64,000 nucleotides of DNA from an uncultured Acidobacteriota bacterium. Lineage in GTDB: Bacteria > Acidobacteriota > Terriglobia > UBA7540. The position numbers and the translations under genes were made by a program. Under the pieces are notes generated by a model. That model was not told the DNA's origin. It worked only from the letters and a program-made list of their open reading frames with translations, and did no database searches. The stretch covers positions 1,856,001-1,920,000 of the forward strand of contig CAWDSK010000006.1 of assembly GCA_963804995.1 (NCBI GenBank). Reading direction: 5' to 3'. Below are positions 39,989 to 51,300 of this stretch, one piece after another. The number at the start of each line of letters is the position of its first letter. The first letter of the stretch is position 1.

Positions 39989-40512
39989 GCCGTTCTCATT
40001 CACTACACCAGCGGTGAGCCGGCGTAGCGAAGTGCGGCCGAGCCGCTAGTGAAAAGCCATAGGAAGAAAACGCATGAGCTTGGGAAAAGTAGTGGGACCT
40101 CGCTCGCTATGCCCCGCGGAGCGCAACAAGTGGGACATGTCCCACTTTGACGAATAGTCGCTGACCTGCACGAACCGAATCGCAGTTCACGCAATGCCGA
40201 GCCCAATTTCCTCGCCCCTCGTCGACCCGGGTGTGCTGCTTCTCCGCTGCTGGGTCTCACGCCAACTCTGGCCAGATTAAGAACCGCAGGCATCATGCTA
40301 ACTGGACTCCTGTCACCTGGTACAAGCAGGAATGCACCTTTTTGCACCCTTCCGGGGGTGTTGTAAAGCAAAGCTGATGGCACCTAGCCAAATTATGGGA
40401 ATTCGAAAGTTCTTCACGAAGTGAAGGGCATTAGGTAAAGTGGATTCGACGCGCTGCTCCACCCGGCGCGCGACGAAGAACGCCTTCACGATTAGCGTTT
40501 CGCGGAGTCTTC

Positions 40513-41562
40513 ATGCCATCATCTTACCGGCGAGATTTTCTGAAGCAATCTGCCGCCCTGCTGGCTTTAGGAGGGACGTTGCCCATGTCCGCTGAGCCTC
40601 ATCTGGAAAGATCCGCCCCGGATTTTGCCGCTCACCAGGCCCAACGCCGCAAGGATTTGTGGAGCCTGCTAGGTGATCTTCCCTGGCAGCACAAGCCTGG
40701 ACCCGCCAAGGTGCTGTCGACGGAGAAGCGTGACGGCTATACGCTCGAGCGATTGGTGCTGGACCTCAATGGTCTCGAGCCCGTCCCCGCCTTGCTGCTG
40801 ATTCCCGACCGCCGCGCCGCGCGAGCTCCGGGCCTGCTCTACATCCACTGGCATGGAGGCATGTACGACCTGGGCAAGGAGCAGCTCCTGGTGGGAGTTG
40901 ACGCCCAGCCCGCCTATGCTCCGGTCGCGGCCGAGAAGGGTCTGGTGACTCTGGCCATTGACAGTTGGTGTTTCGGCGAGCGCAAGCACGATGAAAATGG
41001 CAGCCGCGGCGAGGCGGACGCCTTCAAGCAAATGCTCTGGTACGGCCGGGTTTTGTGGGGAATGATGATGTTCGACGAGTTCCGCGCCTTCGATTATCTG
41101 GCCGGCCGCCCGGAGGTTGACCCAAACCGCATCGGGGTTCTGGGAATGTCCATGGGATCAACCAAGGCGTGGTGGCTGGCGGCGCTGGAGCCTCGGGTGC
41201 GGGCGTGTATGGACGTCTGCTGCCTCACGGATTTCGAAGAGCTCATGCGGATTCACAACCTGAGCGGGCATGGGGTTTATTATTTCGTGCCCTCTTTGCT
41301 CAAGCATTTCCAGACGCCCCAAATCAATGAGCTGATTGTGCCCCGCGCGCGGCTGAGCGTAAACGGCAGCCAGGATGACTTGACCCCGCCGCCGGGGGTG
41401 GAGCGGATCCGCGACTACCTGCTGCCCCTCTACCAGAAATTCGGCAAGCCCGAGGATTGCCACATCGAGCTCTTCGATTGTCCGCACGTGGAACTTCCCC
41501 AGATGCGCCAACTCATTCTGGCCTGGATGGACAAGTATCTGCGCGCCCCGCAAGCCACTTAA
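40513..41562 (+). CDS. Tat-exported alpha/beta hydrolase (dienelactone hydrolase/acetylesterase-like)
   Basis: RRDFLK signal, GMSMG nucleophile elbow, C-terminal His. Confidence 0.85.
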   Translation: MPSSYRRDFLKQSAALLALGGTLPMSAEPHLERSAPDFAAHQAQRRKDLWSLLGDLPWQHKPGPAKVLSTEKRDGYTLERLVLDLNGLEPVPALLLIPDRRAARAPGLLYIHWHGGMYDLGKEQLLVGVDAQPAYAPVAAEKGLVTLAIDSWCFGERKHDENGSRGEADAFKQMLWYGRVLWGMMMFDEFRAFDYLAGRPEVDPNRIGVLGMSMGSTKAWWLAALEPRVRACMDVCCLTDFEELMRIHNLSGHGVYYFVPSLLKHFQTPQINELIVPRARLSVNGSQDDLTPPPGVERIRDYLLPLYQKFGKPEDCHIELFDCPHVELPQMRQLILAWMDKYLRAPQAT

Positions 41563-41609
41563 CATGCCTTAACATTCAGCCTGACCCGCTGCACGCTGCA
41601 CCAATACCC

Positions 41610-42545
41610 GGCGCTTTCATCAGCCGGAGCGGGAAGGGGGCCCCACGTTTTGCGCGGTGAGGGGTCAAGTTCCTTGTCACGGCCCACTGAATTAGCCTCA
41701 TCCTGGGCGTCGATTCCACCGATAACCGATGCGGGGTAGTGTGTCACGGCGGGGTTGGGGGTCGCTGGGGGGATTGGGCCGTCGGTTTATCAGCACAAAA
41801 CAAGATTGCATAGCCTTTTCCGAGGGGTCGCAGATCCGCCGTGGCGAAAGAGGGTGGCGCGCTGTCCCGATGCACTTCATCGGGAAGCGCGAAGGGGGCC
41901 CCACGTTTTGCGCGGTGGGGGTGAGGGGTTAAGTTCCTTGTCACGGCCCACTAAATTGGCCTCATCCTTGGTGTCGATCCCACCGATAACCGATACGGGG
42001 TAGTGTGTCACGGCGGGGGGAGGATATCGGGAGATCCGGTGATCGGGAGATCGGGCGAACAAGGGATCGGACCATCTGGGTATCGTGCCGTCGGGTCATT
42101 TGAAAACCGCACAATTTCCCGTCGATTGCCGACCTCATACTCCGAGCCCAACCCGCCGATAACCGATAGGGGGAGTGTTCACGGCGGGGTCAGATAATCG
42201 GGAGATCGGGCGATCTGGGGATCGGGAGATCGGCTGAGTTGCGATTCGTAATTTGCGATTTTCGAAGTTACATCTTCTCGCCTGACACCCCCGATAATCG
42301 ATGTCGGGAAGTGTGTGTCTGCGGCGGGGGTTGGTTGGGGGAAGGTCGAATTCCCCTAATCCCTAATCCCCACTCCCTAACCCCTGCCTTTCCCGTGGCA
42401 CGGCGGGGGCTGGGGTCGGTGGGGGGGGGTTGGGCCATCGGTTTATCAGCACAAAACAAAATTGCATAGCCCTCTCCGAGGGGAGAGGGTGGCGCGCTGC
42501 CGGCGTACTCACCAGCCGGAGCGCGACGGGTGAGGGGTCACTTCG
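41610..42545. repeat. Mosaic non-coding repeat region
   Basis: 41636-41755 repeated at ~41893-42018; four ccgataa(c/t)cgat..ggg..gtgt..cggcgggg units; octamer and heptamer runs. Confidence 0.8.
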
Positions 42546-42638
42546 CAACCGATGCTTATGGACCGAATGTTGTGGCCACATACATGCCAAAAGACGGCAC
42601 GTATGCGCCACCCGCGGGCCTTAACACTCACCCCGGTA

Positions 42639-42698
42639 GTAGCACAGCCACTCCTGGCTGTGAAGGAGAACCATCACAGGCATGAGTGCCTGTGCCAC
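42639..42698. repeat. GTAG REP doublet family (copies 47579-47638, 56266-56325)
   Basis: gtagcacagccactcctggctgtg ... cacaggca..agtgcctgtgc(c/t)ac. Confidence 0.85.
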
Positions 42699-42778
42699 AA
42701 ACTGTTGCGAAGGTCACTTCTCCATGTGGCGGGCGAATCGTTGAGTGTCTATTTGCTTTCAAAGCTTAGGCGCTGGAA

Positions 42779-45700
42779 TTACTGCAACTTTGCGTATTCC
42801 GCCTTGGCTTCCTTCAGGATGGGAATGTCGGGGTCGGCGTCTTTCCAGATGGTGAGGAAGTCCTGATACGCGGCGCGGGCTTTGGCCGTGTTGCCCTGCA
42901 GGGCGTAAGCACGCGCCAATCCGAGGCGAGCCAGCGCGCCCCAAGGAAAGTTCGCCACCAGTCCCCGGTGGTCGATGAATTGCTGAAACTCTGCTGCTGC
43001 TCGGTTGCCGTCGTGCAGCATGAGATAGGCTTCTCCACGCAAATAAGCGGGGCACATTGGTATGCCGGGTTCTATCAGGTTCGCCCCCGTCAATAGTTCG
43101 ATTGCCCGCTTTGGGTCTTTGCGTTCCAGGGCGACCCCCGCCCGGATAGTGGGCAGCCAATACCTCTGGACCACCGTGTCCAGCGGGAAGGCCCTGTCGA
43201 GTTCGGCAGCCAACTTCTCCGCCCCTGCGCTATCGCCTGCCCGCGCCAGGGCCAGCGCCGCCATCGTCCCCGCACGGCGGTTCGGGGACAACTTCACCGC
43301 CGCATGGGCCTCGGCTCGCACCTGGTCCCGGTTTCCCGCTTCCACCTCGCACAGCGCCCCCTCTGCCTGATAAGCTGTAGCTCTCTCTTTGGCGTCATTG
43401 CACTGGGCTGAATCCATCGCCCGCCGGGTCAGCTCGTTCGCGTTCTTCAGCTTGCCGTACCAACCTTCCGTTCTCCCTTGCAAGAACAGCAACCCTCCTT
43501 CAAGGCCCGGCTTTCCCATGGCAGCTGAGACCAATTGTGCCATCTGCGCCGCATTGCCCTTCAGAAATGCCAAAACGTAGCGGTTGCCGAAGAGAAGCTC
43601 GTTCTCCAGCTTGCGCTCCTCCGCCTGCTTGTACACCGCCTCCGCTTCGTCCAGCTGATTGAGGGCTGTGTAGGCGAAGCCGAGGTTAAGATAGCTGGAC
43701 GCAGCATTTGGCTCCAGGCGCAGCGCCTCCCGCCATTCCTCCATTGCCTTTTCCAAGTTTCCAAGGGCACCGGAAATAAATCCCAGCAGTCTGAAAGGCA
43801 CTTCGTCTCTTGGGTAGGCCTGCTGCCACAGTTCCTCGGTCTGCGCCGCCTTCTCCAGCTCTCCCGTCGCGTAAAGGTAGTAGTTCCCCTCGATGTTGAA
43901 CCGTTCCCGTTCGCTTACTTTCTCTCGAAGGTCGTAAGCCTTGCGTGCCATCTCAGCCCCCCGCCCCGGTTGGCCGCGGTAGAAGTAAATCCCCGCCATG
44001 GTCGCGTACGGCATGGCAAAATTCGGGTCAAGGTCCACCGCGCGTTTGAAGAAGGGCAGCGCGGGGATGCCCCCTTTCGTATGGGCCGTCTTTAGCCCCA
44101 GGCTGTAAGCTTTCAGCGCCTCCAGGGATGGCGTGGTCGCTTCCTCCACCGGCGTAGCGTATTTCTGCACGGAGCTGAGCGACTCGCCCAGCTTGCCGCG
44201 CAAGCTGATCGCCGCATTGTCCAGAGCCTTGAGCACCGCTTCCTTGCCCGCTGCCTGCTCCTGCGCTTCTGCCAGCACGTCCCCCGTGTTGCAGTCCACT
44301 GCCTTCAGGCCAATCACGTACTGGCTGCCAAGCCCCGCAATCGAGCCGATCACCGTGGCCTTGCTGCCCGTGCGTTGGCAGACCTCGTGGGTGAGCTCCG
44401 GTGTCAACCGATCACCGGCGGGACGCCCCATCAGTTTCAAAGTGTCATTTACCCTGTGCTCGGAAATCAGGGCGAGAAAGGGGGATTGCTCAAGCTGCAC
44501 CGAAAGCCCCTGTTTGAGCGTGTCGTCAAATACGCTGTCACCGGTCTTGTTGTCGAAATCGGAAAGAACTATGGTGTCCTTGTCGGTCAGGCGAGTCGTG
44601 GCCTGGTGCGAGCGGAAGTAGAACGTTCCCCCGATGGCAGCCACTATAAGGATTACGGCGGCGGGAATAAGAACCTTCCAGCGTTTCCTCCCCGCTCCAG
44701 GAACTTGGGTTGCGCTCACCTCGCTCGACGGCGAAGGTCGCCCGGATTCGCCTTGGCGGGGTAAACCCGCCGCTACACGTTCGGATTCTGTATCCCGCAA
44801 CAGGCGCTTCAGGTCTGTTCGTAACTCGGATGCGCTCTGATAGCGCATGTCCCGGTCTTTCTCCAGCGCTTTACGGATGATCTCTTCCAGCTTCGACGGT
44901 AGGTCGGGATTGACGCTCTTCGGTGAAGCTGGCTGCAGCGTCAAGATCGCTTGCTGAACCTCGGATGACGTCCCGCCAGGAAAAGCCTGCCGTCCCGTGG
45001 CCATCTCGTAGAGCACCGCACCAAAACTGAAGATGTCCGTGCGCCCATCGAGCGCTTCACCTCGGGCTTGTTCGGGCGACATGTAAGCCGCTGTGCCAAT
45101 GGGGGAGCCCTGCTGGGTGAGGGTGTCGTCCGTCGTGCGCGTCGCCCCCGCCGTAGCATGGTCACCATGCTTGGGTTCACTCAGCGCCACGGGCGAGACG
45201 CCTGTACTACGAATCAATTTCGCTACCCCGAAGTCCAGAATCTTGGCTTGGCCATATGTGGTCAGGAAGATATTCGCCGGCTTGATGTCGCGGTGAATGA
45301 TGCCCTTGCCATGTGCCGCCTCGAGCCCTGCCGTAATCTGGATGGCGAGGTCGAGCAACGTGTCGATCTGTAGGGGCGTCCCTCGTGGGCGCCCTTGGGC
45401 AGGCACAAGGCCTGCCCCTACAGACAGTCGCTCCTTCAGCGTCTCGCCCACCAGCAGTTCCATGGCGATGAACGGCTGGCCCTCGTACTCGTCGATGTCA
45501 TGAACGGTGCAGATGTTGGGATGGTTCAGGGTGCTTGCGGCTCGGGCTTCACGCTGGAAACGAGCGAGTGCCTGCCGGTCATTCGCCAATTCCGCGGGGA
45601 GAAACTTCAGCGCGACTGTCCGGCCCAGCCGCGTGTCCTCCGCTTTATAGATCACCCCCATCGCGCCACGCCCCAGCATCCCGGTAACCCGGTAGTGCGA

Positions 45701-46147
45701 GACTTCCTTGCCCAACAAGCTGTCGCACAGCGTCAGATCCGGGGCGATCGACTCCGCCTCAGCCGGCTCCGCCGCAGCCGCCACCGGGTGACCGGAGCCC
45801 GCGGGGTTTACCTCCTCCCATTCCGCCGGGACCAGCAGACGGTAGCCGCGGCGGGCGACCGTCTCCACATATTTCGGCTCCTCGGCTGTGTCACCCAGTG
45901 CGTCCCGCAACCTCTTGATGGCGGCGTTGATGCTGTGGTCGAACTCCACGATAGTGTCATTCGGCCAGAGTCTCTTCTGCAGCTCATCGCGCGCCACCAC
46001 CTCTCCTGGGCGGTCCACCAGCATTTGGAGAATCCGGAAGGGTTGTTCCTGAAGGCGCAGTCTGCGCCCGTCTTTGTGCAGTTCCCCGGCTTTAAGGTCC
46101 AACTTGAAGGGCCCCAGGCGCACAACGTTGGAGCGCGGCGCTGACAT
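42779..46147 (-). CDS. wHTH (OmpR/CadC-like) - Ser/Thr protein kinase - TM - TPR protein
   Basis: LQEQPFRIL..YVETVARRGY; GRGAMG, VALK, HRDIKPAN, DFG, YMSPEQ; TM segment; TPR repeats. Confidence 0.93.
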   Translation of the reverse strand: MSAPRSNVVRLGPFKLDLKAGELHKDGRRLRLQEQPFRILQMLVDRPGEVVARDELQKRLWPNDTIVEFDHSINAAIKRLRDALGDTAEEPKYVETVARRGYRLLVPAEWEEVNPAGSGHPVAAAAEPAEAESIAPDLTLCDSLLGKEVSHYRVTGMLGRGAMGVIYKAEDTRLGRTVALKFLPAELANDRQALARFQREARAASTLNHPNICTVHDIDEYEGQPFIAMELLVGETLKERLSVGAGLVPAQGRPRGTPLQIDTLLDLAIQITAGLEAAHGKGIIHRDIKPANIFLTTYGQAKILDFGVAKLIRSTGVSPVALSEPKHGDHATAGATRTTDDTLTQQGSPIGTAAYMSPEQARGEALDGRTDIFSFGAVLYEMATGRQAFPGGTSSEVQQAILTLQPASPKSVNPDLPSKLEEIIRKALEKDRDMRYQSASELRTDLKRLLRDTESERVAAGLPRQGESGRPSPSSEVSATQVPGAGRKRWKVLIPAAVILIVAAIGGTFYFRSHQATTRLTDKDTIVLSDFDNKTGDSVFDDTLKQGLSVQLEQSPFLALISEHRVNDTLKLMGRPAGDRLTPELTHEVCQRTGSKATVIGSIAGLGSQYVIGLKAVDCNTGDVLAEAQEQAAGKEAVLKALDNAAISLRGKLGESLSSVQKYATPVEEATTPSLEALKAYSLGLKTAHTKGGIPALPFFKRAVDLDPNFAMPYATMAGIYFYRGQPGRGAEMARKAYDLREKVSERERFNIEGNYYLYATGELEKAAQTEELWQQAYPRDEVPFRLLGFISGALGNLEKAMEEWREALRLEPNAASSYLNLGFAYTALNQLDEAEAVYKQAEERKLENELLFGNRYVLAFLKGNAAQMAQLVSAAMGKPGLEGGLLFLQGRTEGWYGKLKNANELTRRAMDSAQCNDAKERATAYQAEGALCEVEAGNRDQVRAEAHAAVKLSPNRRAGTMAALALARAGDSAGAEKLAAELDRAFPLDTVVQRYWLPTIRAGVALERKDPKRAIELLTGANLIEPGIPMCPAYLRGEAYLMLHDGNRAAAEFQQFIDHRGLVANFPWGALARLGLARAYALQGNTAKARAAYQDFLTIWKDADPDIPILKEAKAEYAKLQ

Positions 46148-46457
46148 GGGAGCTCCAGAGGCTTATTGGGGCGGACTTTACCACTAGATTACTGGTAAAT
46201 CAAGGAATTCGCCGTGCCCAGCCGTTCGAGCCTGAGAGCGAACCCTCAGCACCCGTCCAGGTTCGCGGGTCCCCGGAACCCTTTCACGGATGCCGCATTG
46301 GCCCTGCACCGCTTCTAAGACATCGGCAAGTACCATTCCTACCAATCCGTTAGCTCGTCGCCCACATGTAATCCACGCGTAAGCGCTGTTGCATTGAGGT
46401 ACCCGCTCGCCCAGCCCAAAGTCGCCCTCACCACGCAAGTTCGTGGAGGAGGGCGAC

Positions 46458-47198
46458 ATGGGATCGAAAGGCAAGACTCAGAAGGTAGCGCGATGGAAAT
46501 CGTGGATTCTGGTGGGATGGATGGCGGTTCTGGGGGTTCCGGGGCCGCTGGCTCGCACCCTAGCCCAGACCCCTGACGGCGGCTCGGAATCTCACGGCCA
46601 GCCCACGGGCAATGGCGAATCCGGCCTGCGGATTACCCTGCGCATCTTCAACTATGCTCACGTCACGCCCCCCGAACTGACCCGGGCGGAGCAAGTGGCA
46701 GCAGCTATCTTCCGCAAGGCAGGAATCGAAACGATGTGGATCGATTGCCCGGTCTCAAGGGAGGAGGTTGACCGCTTCCCCGCCTGCCAGCGACCCTGGG
46801 CGACCTCGGACTTCGCCCTTCGCTTCGTATCCCAGCCCTTTGGGGAGAGACCCGGCTCCCACCACGACCTGGGGTGGGCTCTCCCTTGCGTGGACGGCCA
46901 ACAAGGATGCTATACCTATGTCTTCTACCAACTGGCGAGGCAGTGGGCAGAGCGTTGTGACACTACGACCGATCAGATCCTCGGCCACGCAATAGCGCAT
47001 GAAGTGGGGCACCTGCTATTGGGACCGGACTCGCACTCGCAGACTGGCGTCATGCGCGGAGATTGGTCTATGGATGACTTAGCAGCGATGGCGCGGACGT
47101 TTCTCTGCTTCACCCCAACGCAATGCGAACGGCTCCAGAGTGACGTGTCAGCAAGAATGCGGGATCACGCGGATACGCTGGCGAGCCGAGGACTATGA
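46458..47198 (+). CDS. Exported hypothetical protein with HExxH motif (putative Zn metallopeptidase)
   Basis: Signal-like N-terminus; LGHAIAHEVGHLLLGPDSHS..GVM. Confidence 0.7.
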   Translation: MGSKGKTQKVARWKSWILVGWMAVLGVPGPLARTLAQTPDGGSESHGQPTGNGESGLRITLRIFNYAHVTPPELTRAEQVAAAIFRKAGIETMWIDCPVSREEVDRFPACQRPWATSDFALRFVSQPFGERPGSHHDLGWALPCVDGQQGCYTYVFYQLARQWAERCDTTTDQILGHAIAHEVGHLLLGPDSHSQTGVMRGDWSMDDLAAMARTFLCFTPTQCERLQSDVSARMRDHADTLASRGL

Positions 47199-47446
47199 AG
47201 CCCCCCTGAGTACCTTCAAGTTTACCGCCGAGTAGACTGAGCAGATGCGCGCCAAGGTGAGGGAACGCGAGCGACAGCAGGCGGCAGAGGCCCCCACTCT
47301 CCGTATATCTTTAGACAGATCCCTGGGGTTAGCTCCCTAACGCCACAGGGTAGGGCGAAGTCGCTCAATTCCTAAATCGTTGCCGATTCGGAAACTGGTG
47401 AACCCGCCTCAATCCGCCGGCGCCGGTTCGACGATGACTGGGGCTC

Positions 47447-47461
47447 AGGTTAACGCCTATG
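47447..47461. mobile_element. Solo terminal repeat of the IS4-type element, abutting a REP half
   Basis: aggttaacgcctatg followed by cccctcgggggtgccctgaagtcggccctgccgac, as at the IS right junction at 53782. Confidence 0.65.
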
Positions 47462-47644
47462 CCCCTCGGGGGTGCCCTGAAGTCGGCCCTGCCGACCGTG
47501 GGGGCACGCGATCCCGATCAAGACCATCGGGACAGTTGGCGCGCCCATACGACCCAGTGGCCCTCACGGGCCCCGGTAGTAGCACAGCCACTGCTGGCTG
47601 TGACAGAAAAACATCACAGGCAGGAGTGCCTGTGCTACAAAAGC

Positions 47645-47796
47645 GGTAGCCACGGAGTCGCCGCGGCTGAAAGTCCGCCGATCTTAATGGCGGGCGACCT
47701 TTCCTGTCCGTGGGCTTTTCCCAAACCCCAGGTCAAATGTGGCTGCGGTATCGCGCCTGAGAAAAGCCCACGGTCAGAAAAACGCTGACCGCTACC
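47645..47796. repeat. GGTAGCCACGG REP family (copies 53824-53950, 54797-54834, 60229-60350; partial ~21280-21315)
   Basis: ggtagccacgg ... ctgtccgtgggcttttcc ... cccacggtcag..gctgaccg(tg)ctacc. Confidence 0.8.
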
Positions 47797-48317
47797 AGCT
47801 CGTCACTGCTTTGACGCCCACCTTGTCGCGCCTGCGTCGCTTCTGATCCCGGCATGTGTATCTGGGGCAGTTCGACGAGAGGAGAATTGCGGATGAAGAG
47901 CCGCTGAGGAGCGCAAAAGACGCGCACCTCATCGCTACCCCAAACCCCACCTCCGCGGTACCCGGTTTATGGCCTCCAGGGGAACAGGATTAGCACCACA
48001 GGTGTCAAAGCCATGTGTTGATAAGAAAGTGCATGTTTATCATATTACGAACCGCAGAGTCTGAAAGGCACAGACTCTGATGCGCTACCCGCTACGGACA
48101 AAATGTTCTCTATGGGATATTGACGATAATCAGATTAAATGTATTGACAAGGGACTTGCGGAGAGGTAGGGTCTGCGCGTTAGCGGCGTAGTGTTTTTCC
48201 GAGAAAAATTACTCTGCGCTACGCCTCGAATGCGCCGCGACTCACGGCAATAACGGAACGGGCCCGCCGTACACTGTGACACACGCGCTTCAAATTCCCT
48301 TCTAGGAGGGCGATTCC

Positions 48318-51300
48318 ATGACACCAGAAGCATTAGCCCCCTTTATTCGTGAACGGGAGACGAGACTCATATTTAAAACGCCTCGCGTCCTTATTATTAA
48401 CAACGCCAATCTTGGGAAACTAAGATGCTATAACTTCCTTGCCGCGCTTTTGGGCATTTGCCTAACTGCCGGTATGGGGATGTCCCAAATCAGGTCAAGT
48501 GTCATCACGGGCATCGTAACCGATGTCAGCGGAGCTCTTGTCCCGAACGCAACCGTGATGGTCAGGGACCAGCTGACCAACCTCACGTATCCGAGTAAAA
48601 CCAATGGCGCGGGTCAATACACCGTGCCTTATCTTCCTGAAGGCCGGTACTCAGTGACGGTCACGGCGGAAGGCTTCCAAACCTACGTCAAGACTGACAT
48701 TGTCCTGGAGACTGCCACCACCATGCGCGTCGATGCCGCGCTGACGGTCGGAGCTGTCAGTACGACCGTCGAGGTCAAAGCAAATGCCGCAGCTCTTCAG
48801 ACCGAAAACGGCACGGTCCACGGAACGGTCAACGCGCAGTTTATCGACGCTATTCCCAACACCAACCGGAATCCTCTCTTGTATGCCGGGCTGGTGGCTG
48901 GCGTGGTACCCGATGCCGAGGCCAAGGACGCCGTTTTCCTGGGGATCGGCCACGGTAATCGCCAAGCCCTGTCTGCCATCCACATGAACGGCTCTATCGA
49001 GGGTTCCAATGACATAACCATGGATGGAGTTTCAGTGCAGGGCGCGGGTTGGCACGAAATGGCCGTCATGCCCGATACAGACGCGCTCCAGGAAGTCCGC
49101 GTTACGACCAACACCTTTACCGCCGATACCGGCTCCGCCCAGGGAGTCATCGCGATGGGCACCAAGAGCGGCACCAATACGCTCCACGGAGACCTTTACT
49201 ATTATTTGCGGAACGAGGCCCTGGATGCCGCCGGGATGTATAACAACCTTTATGGGTTCAAGAAACCCGCGTATCGCCTCAACCAGGGTGGCGGCTCTAT
49301 CGGCGGCCCGGTGATTATCCCCCACTTGTACAACGGAAAAGACAAGATGTTCTTTTTTGTTAACTTCATGCGGCTGACGCACTCCGACCCACTTAGACTC
49401 GTCGCTACCGTTCCGACCGATTTGCAACGCAAGGGGGACTTCAGCCAGACGATGATTCCCGGCGTCAGTGGCCAGCCCGAGCACGTAAACCTGTACAATC
49501 CGTTTCTCGCCACGCCGTACAACGGCAGCACCACGGTTGTCCAGAGGCCGATCTATGCGGGCGCGCTAATTCCCGCGGCAGGCTCGGGCCCGGGCAGCAT
49601 GAACCCATACGGTCAAAAAATCCTGCAGGCCTACCCGGAGCCAAACGCTACTCCCGACGCGTTCGGGAACAATAATTACCATTTTAATGGTACAACGCCG
49701 GAATTTCGCAACGCTCTTTCGGCACGTTGGGATTACAGGCTGGGCCAAAAGAACTCCCTCTACGCCACCGGTGGCTTCTCGATTGCCGCGTCCACGCCAC
49801 CCAATGCGTGGGGGCCATCGAACCAGTTCAGCAACAATAATGGCAACGTCACAAACAGCGTGGGTATCGTCTCCGACCACAACCCGTACGGCTCGCTAGG
49901 CGATGTCATAACCCTGAACCCGACCACGGTCATTGACGTCCACTATGGCTTTACCCGCATCTCCAGCCTTTCAGGCACCCCGAATCGCGGTTGGACCGAT
50001 TACACCCAATGGGGCATGCCCGCCGATTTACTACCCCTGATCTCTGCTTATGGCGAGGCAATGTCTGTCGGGAGCTGGGGCTGGGGCGGACCCATTACTC
50101 AGCTCAACTTTGACTCGTGGACGCACAAGAATGAACACCAGAACAACCATGACATCGTCGGCAACCTGACGAAGGTCGCCGGGCGATGGACCTTTAAGGC
50201 CGGTGCTGAATACCGCGTTTACCTGAGCAATTGGCAGGATCTTGAGCAGTCCACTCCGCTGCTGAACACTGCGGATGTGGGCAACGCCAGCACAGCGCAG
50301 TACGCGAATATTGACGGCACGGGTTCCAGTCTGAACATTGACCCGGCCCAACAGGGACTTCCCTTCGTTGATCTACTCACCGGGGTGGCCGGCTTTTCTT
50401 TGGATCCAGGCTGCGGTACCATCCTCGCTTTAGCCGCCAAGTACTTCGCGCTCTATTCCCAGAATGAGTGGAAGGTGACGAACAAGCTGACCCTCAATCT
50501 GGGGTTGCGCTGGGAGGTGCAGCCCGGCCCCACCGAACGTTTCAACCGCTTAGCCAACATCGACCTGAATGCGCCCAGTCCCTACCAGGCGGCGAGCTAC
50601 CTGAATCCGCAGGGCGGGTTGGGATTGGTTGGTTTCGCCGCCACAAGCGGCCACCCACGCAACATGTGGAACACGCAATGGGGCAACGTTTCGCCACGCC
50701 TCGGAGCGGCTTATCAGTTAAACAATGAAACAGTGCTGCGGGGCGGCTTCGGCCGGTCATATTACAACAGCAACACAGGGTTCAATGCCAATGGATTGAT
50801 TTACGGCCAGGTACCCTTCTCGGGTGGAGTAGAATCCATACCCTATGGCTTAACTCCTAACGGGTTGCCGATCGGCACCTTCGATCAGCCACAGAACTCG
50901 CTGGCGTTCGGAGGACTGGGGGCGGTTCAAACACCTTACATTTACGGGAACGCCCAGGGCTCGTGCTGCGGCTGGTTCCCCCAGAACCACCCGAACTCCT
51001 ATGTTGACCAGTGGAACTTCTTTGTCGAGCGCAGCTTCGGCAGAGCTTGGACGCTTTCGGCGGGATACGTGGGGTCGCACGGTTCCAACTTAATTTGGCG
51101 GGGTTTCCACCTCAATGGGACTTATCAAGTCCCCCAATCGACCCTGATGGACTACCGCGCTGGTTGGATCGCTTCCAACGGTACTGACGACCCCGCGCAG
51201 GCCCAGGTTCCCAACCCGCTTCCGGCTCTGATCGGCAAGACCCCAGGCCCTATTGGGAACACCACCATCCCCGCGATCGATCTTCATCTCCCCTGGCTTG

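Noticed and set aside
41719..42330. CRISPR-like repeats
   Set aside because: Spacing irregular (264, 173, 135 bp) and intervening sequences are themselves repeats
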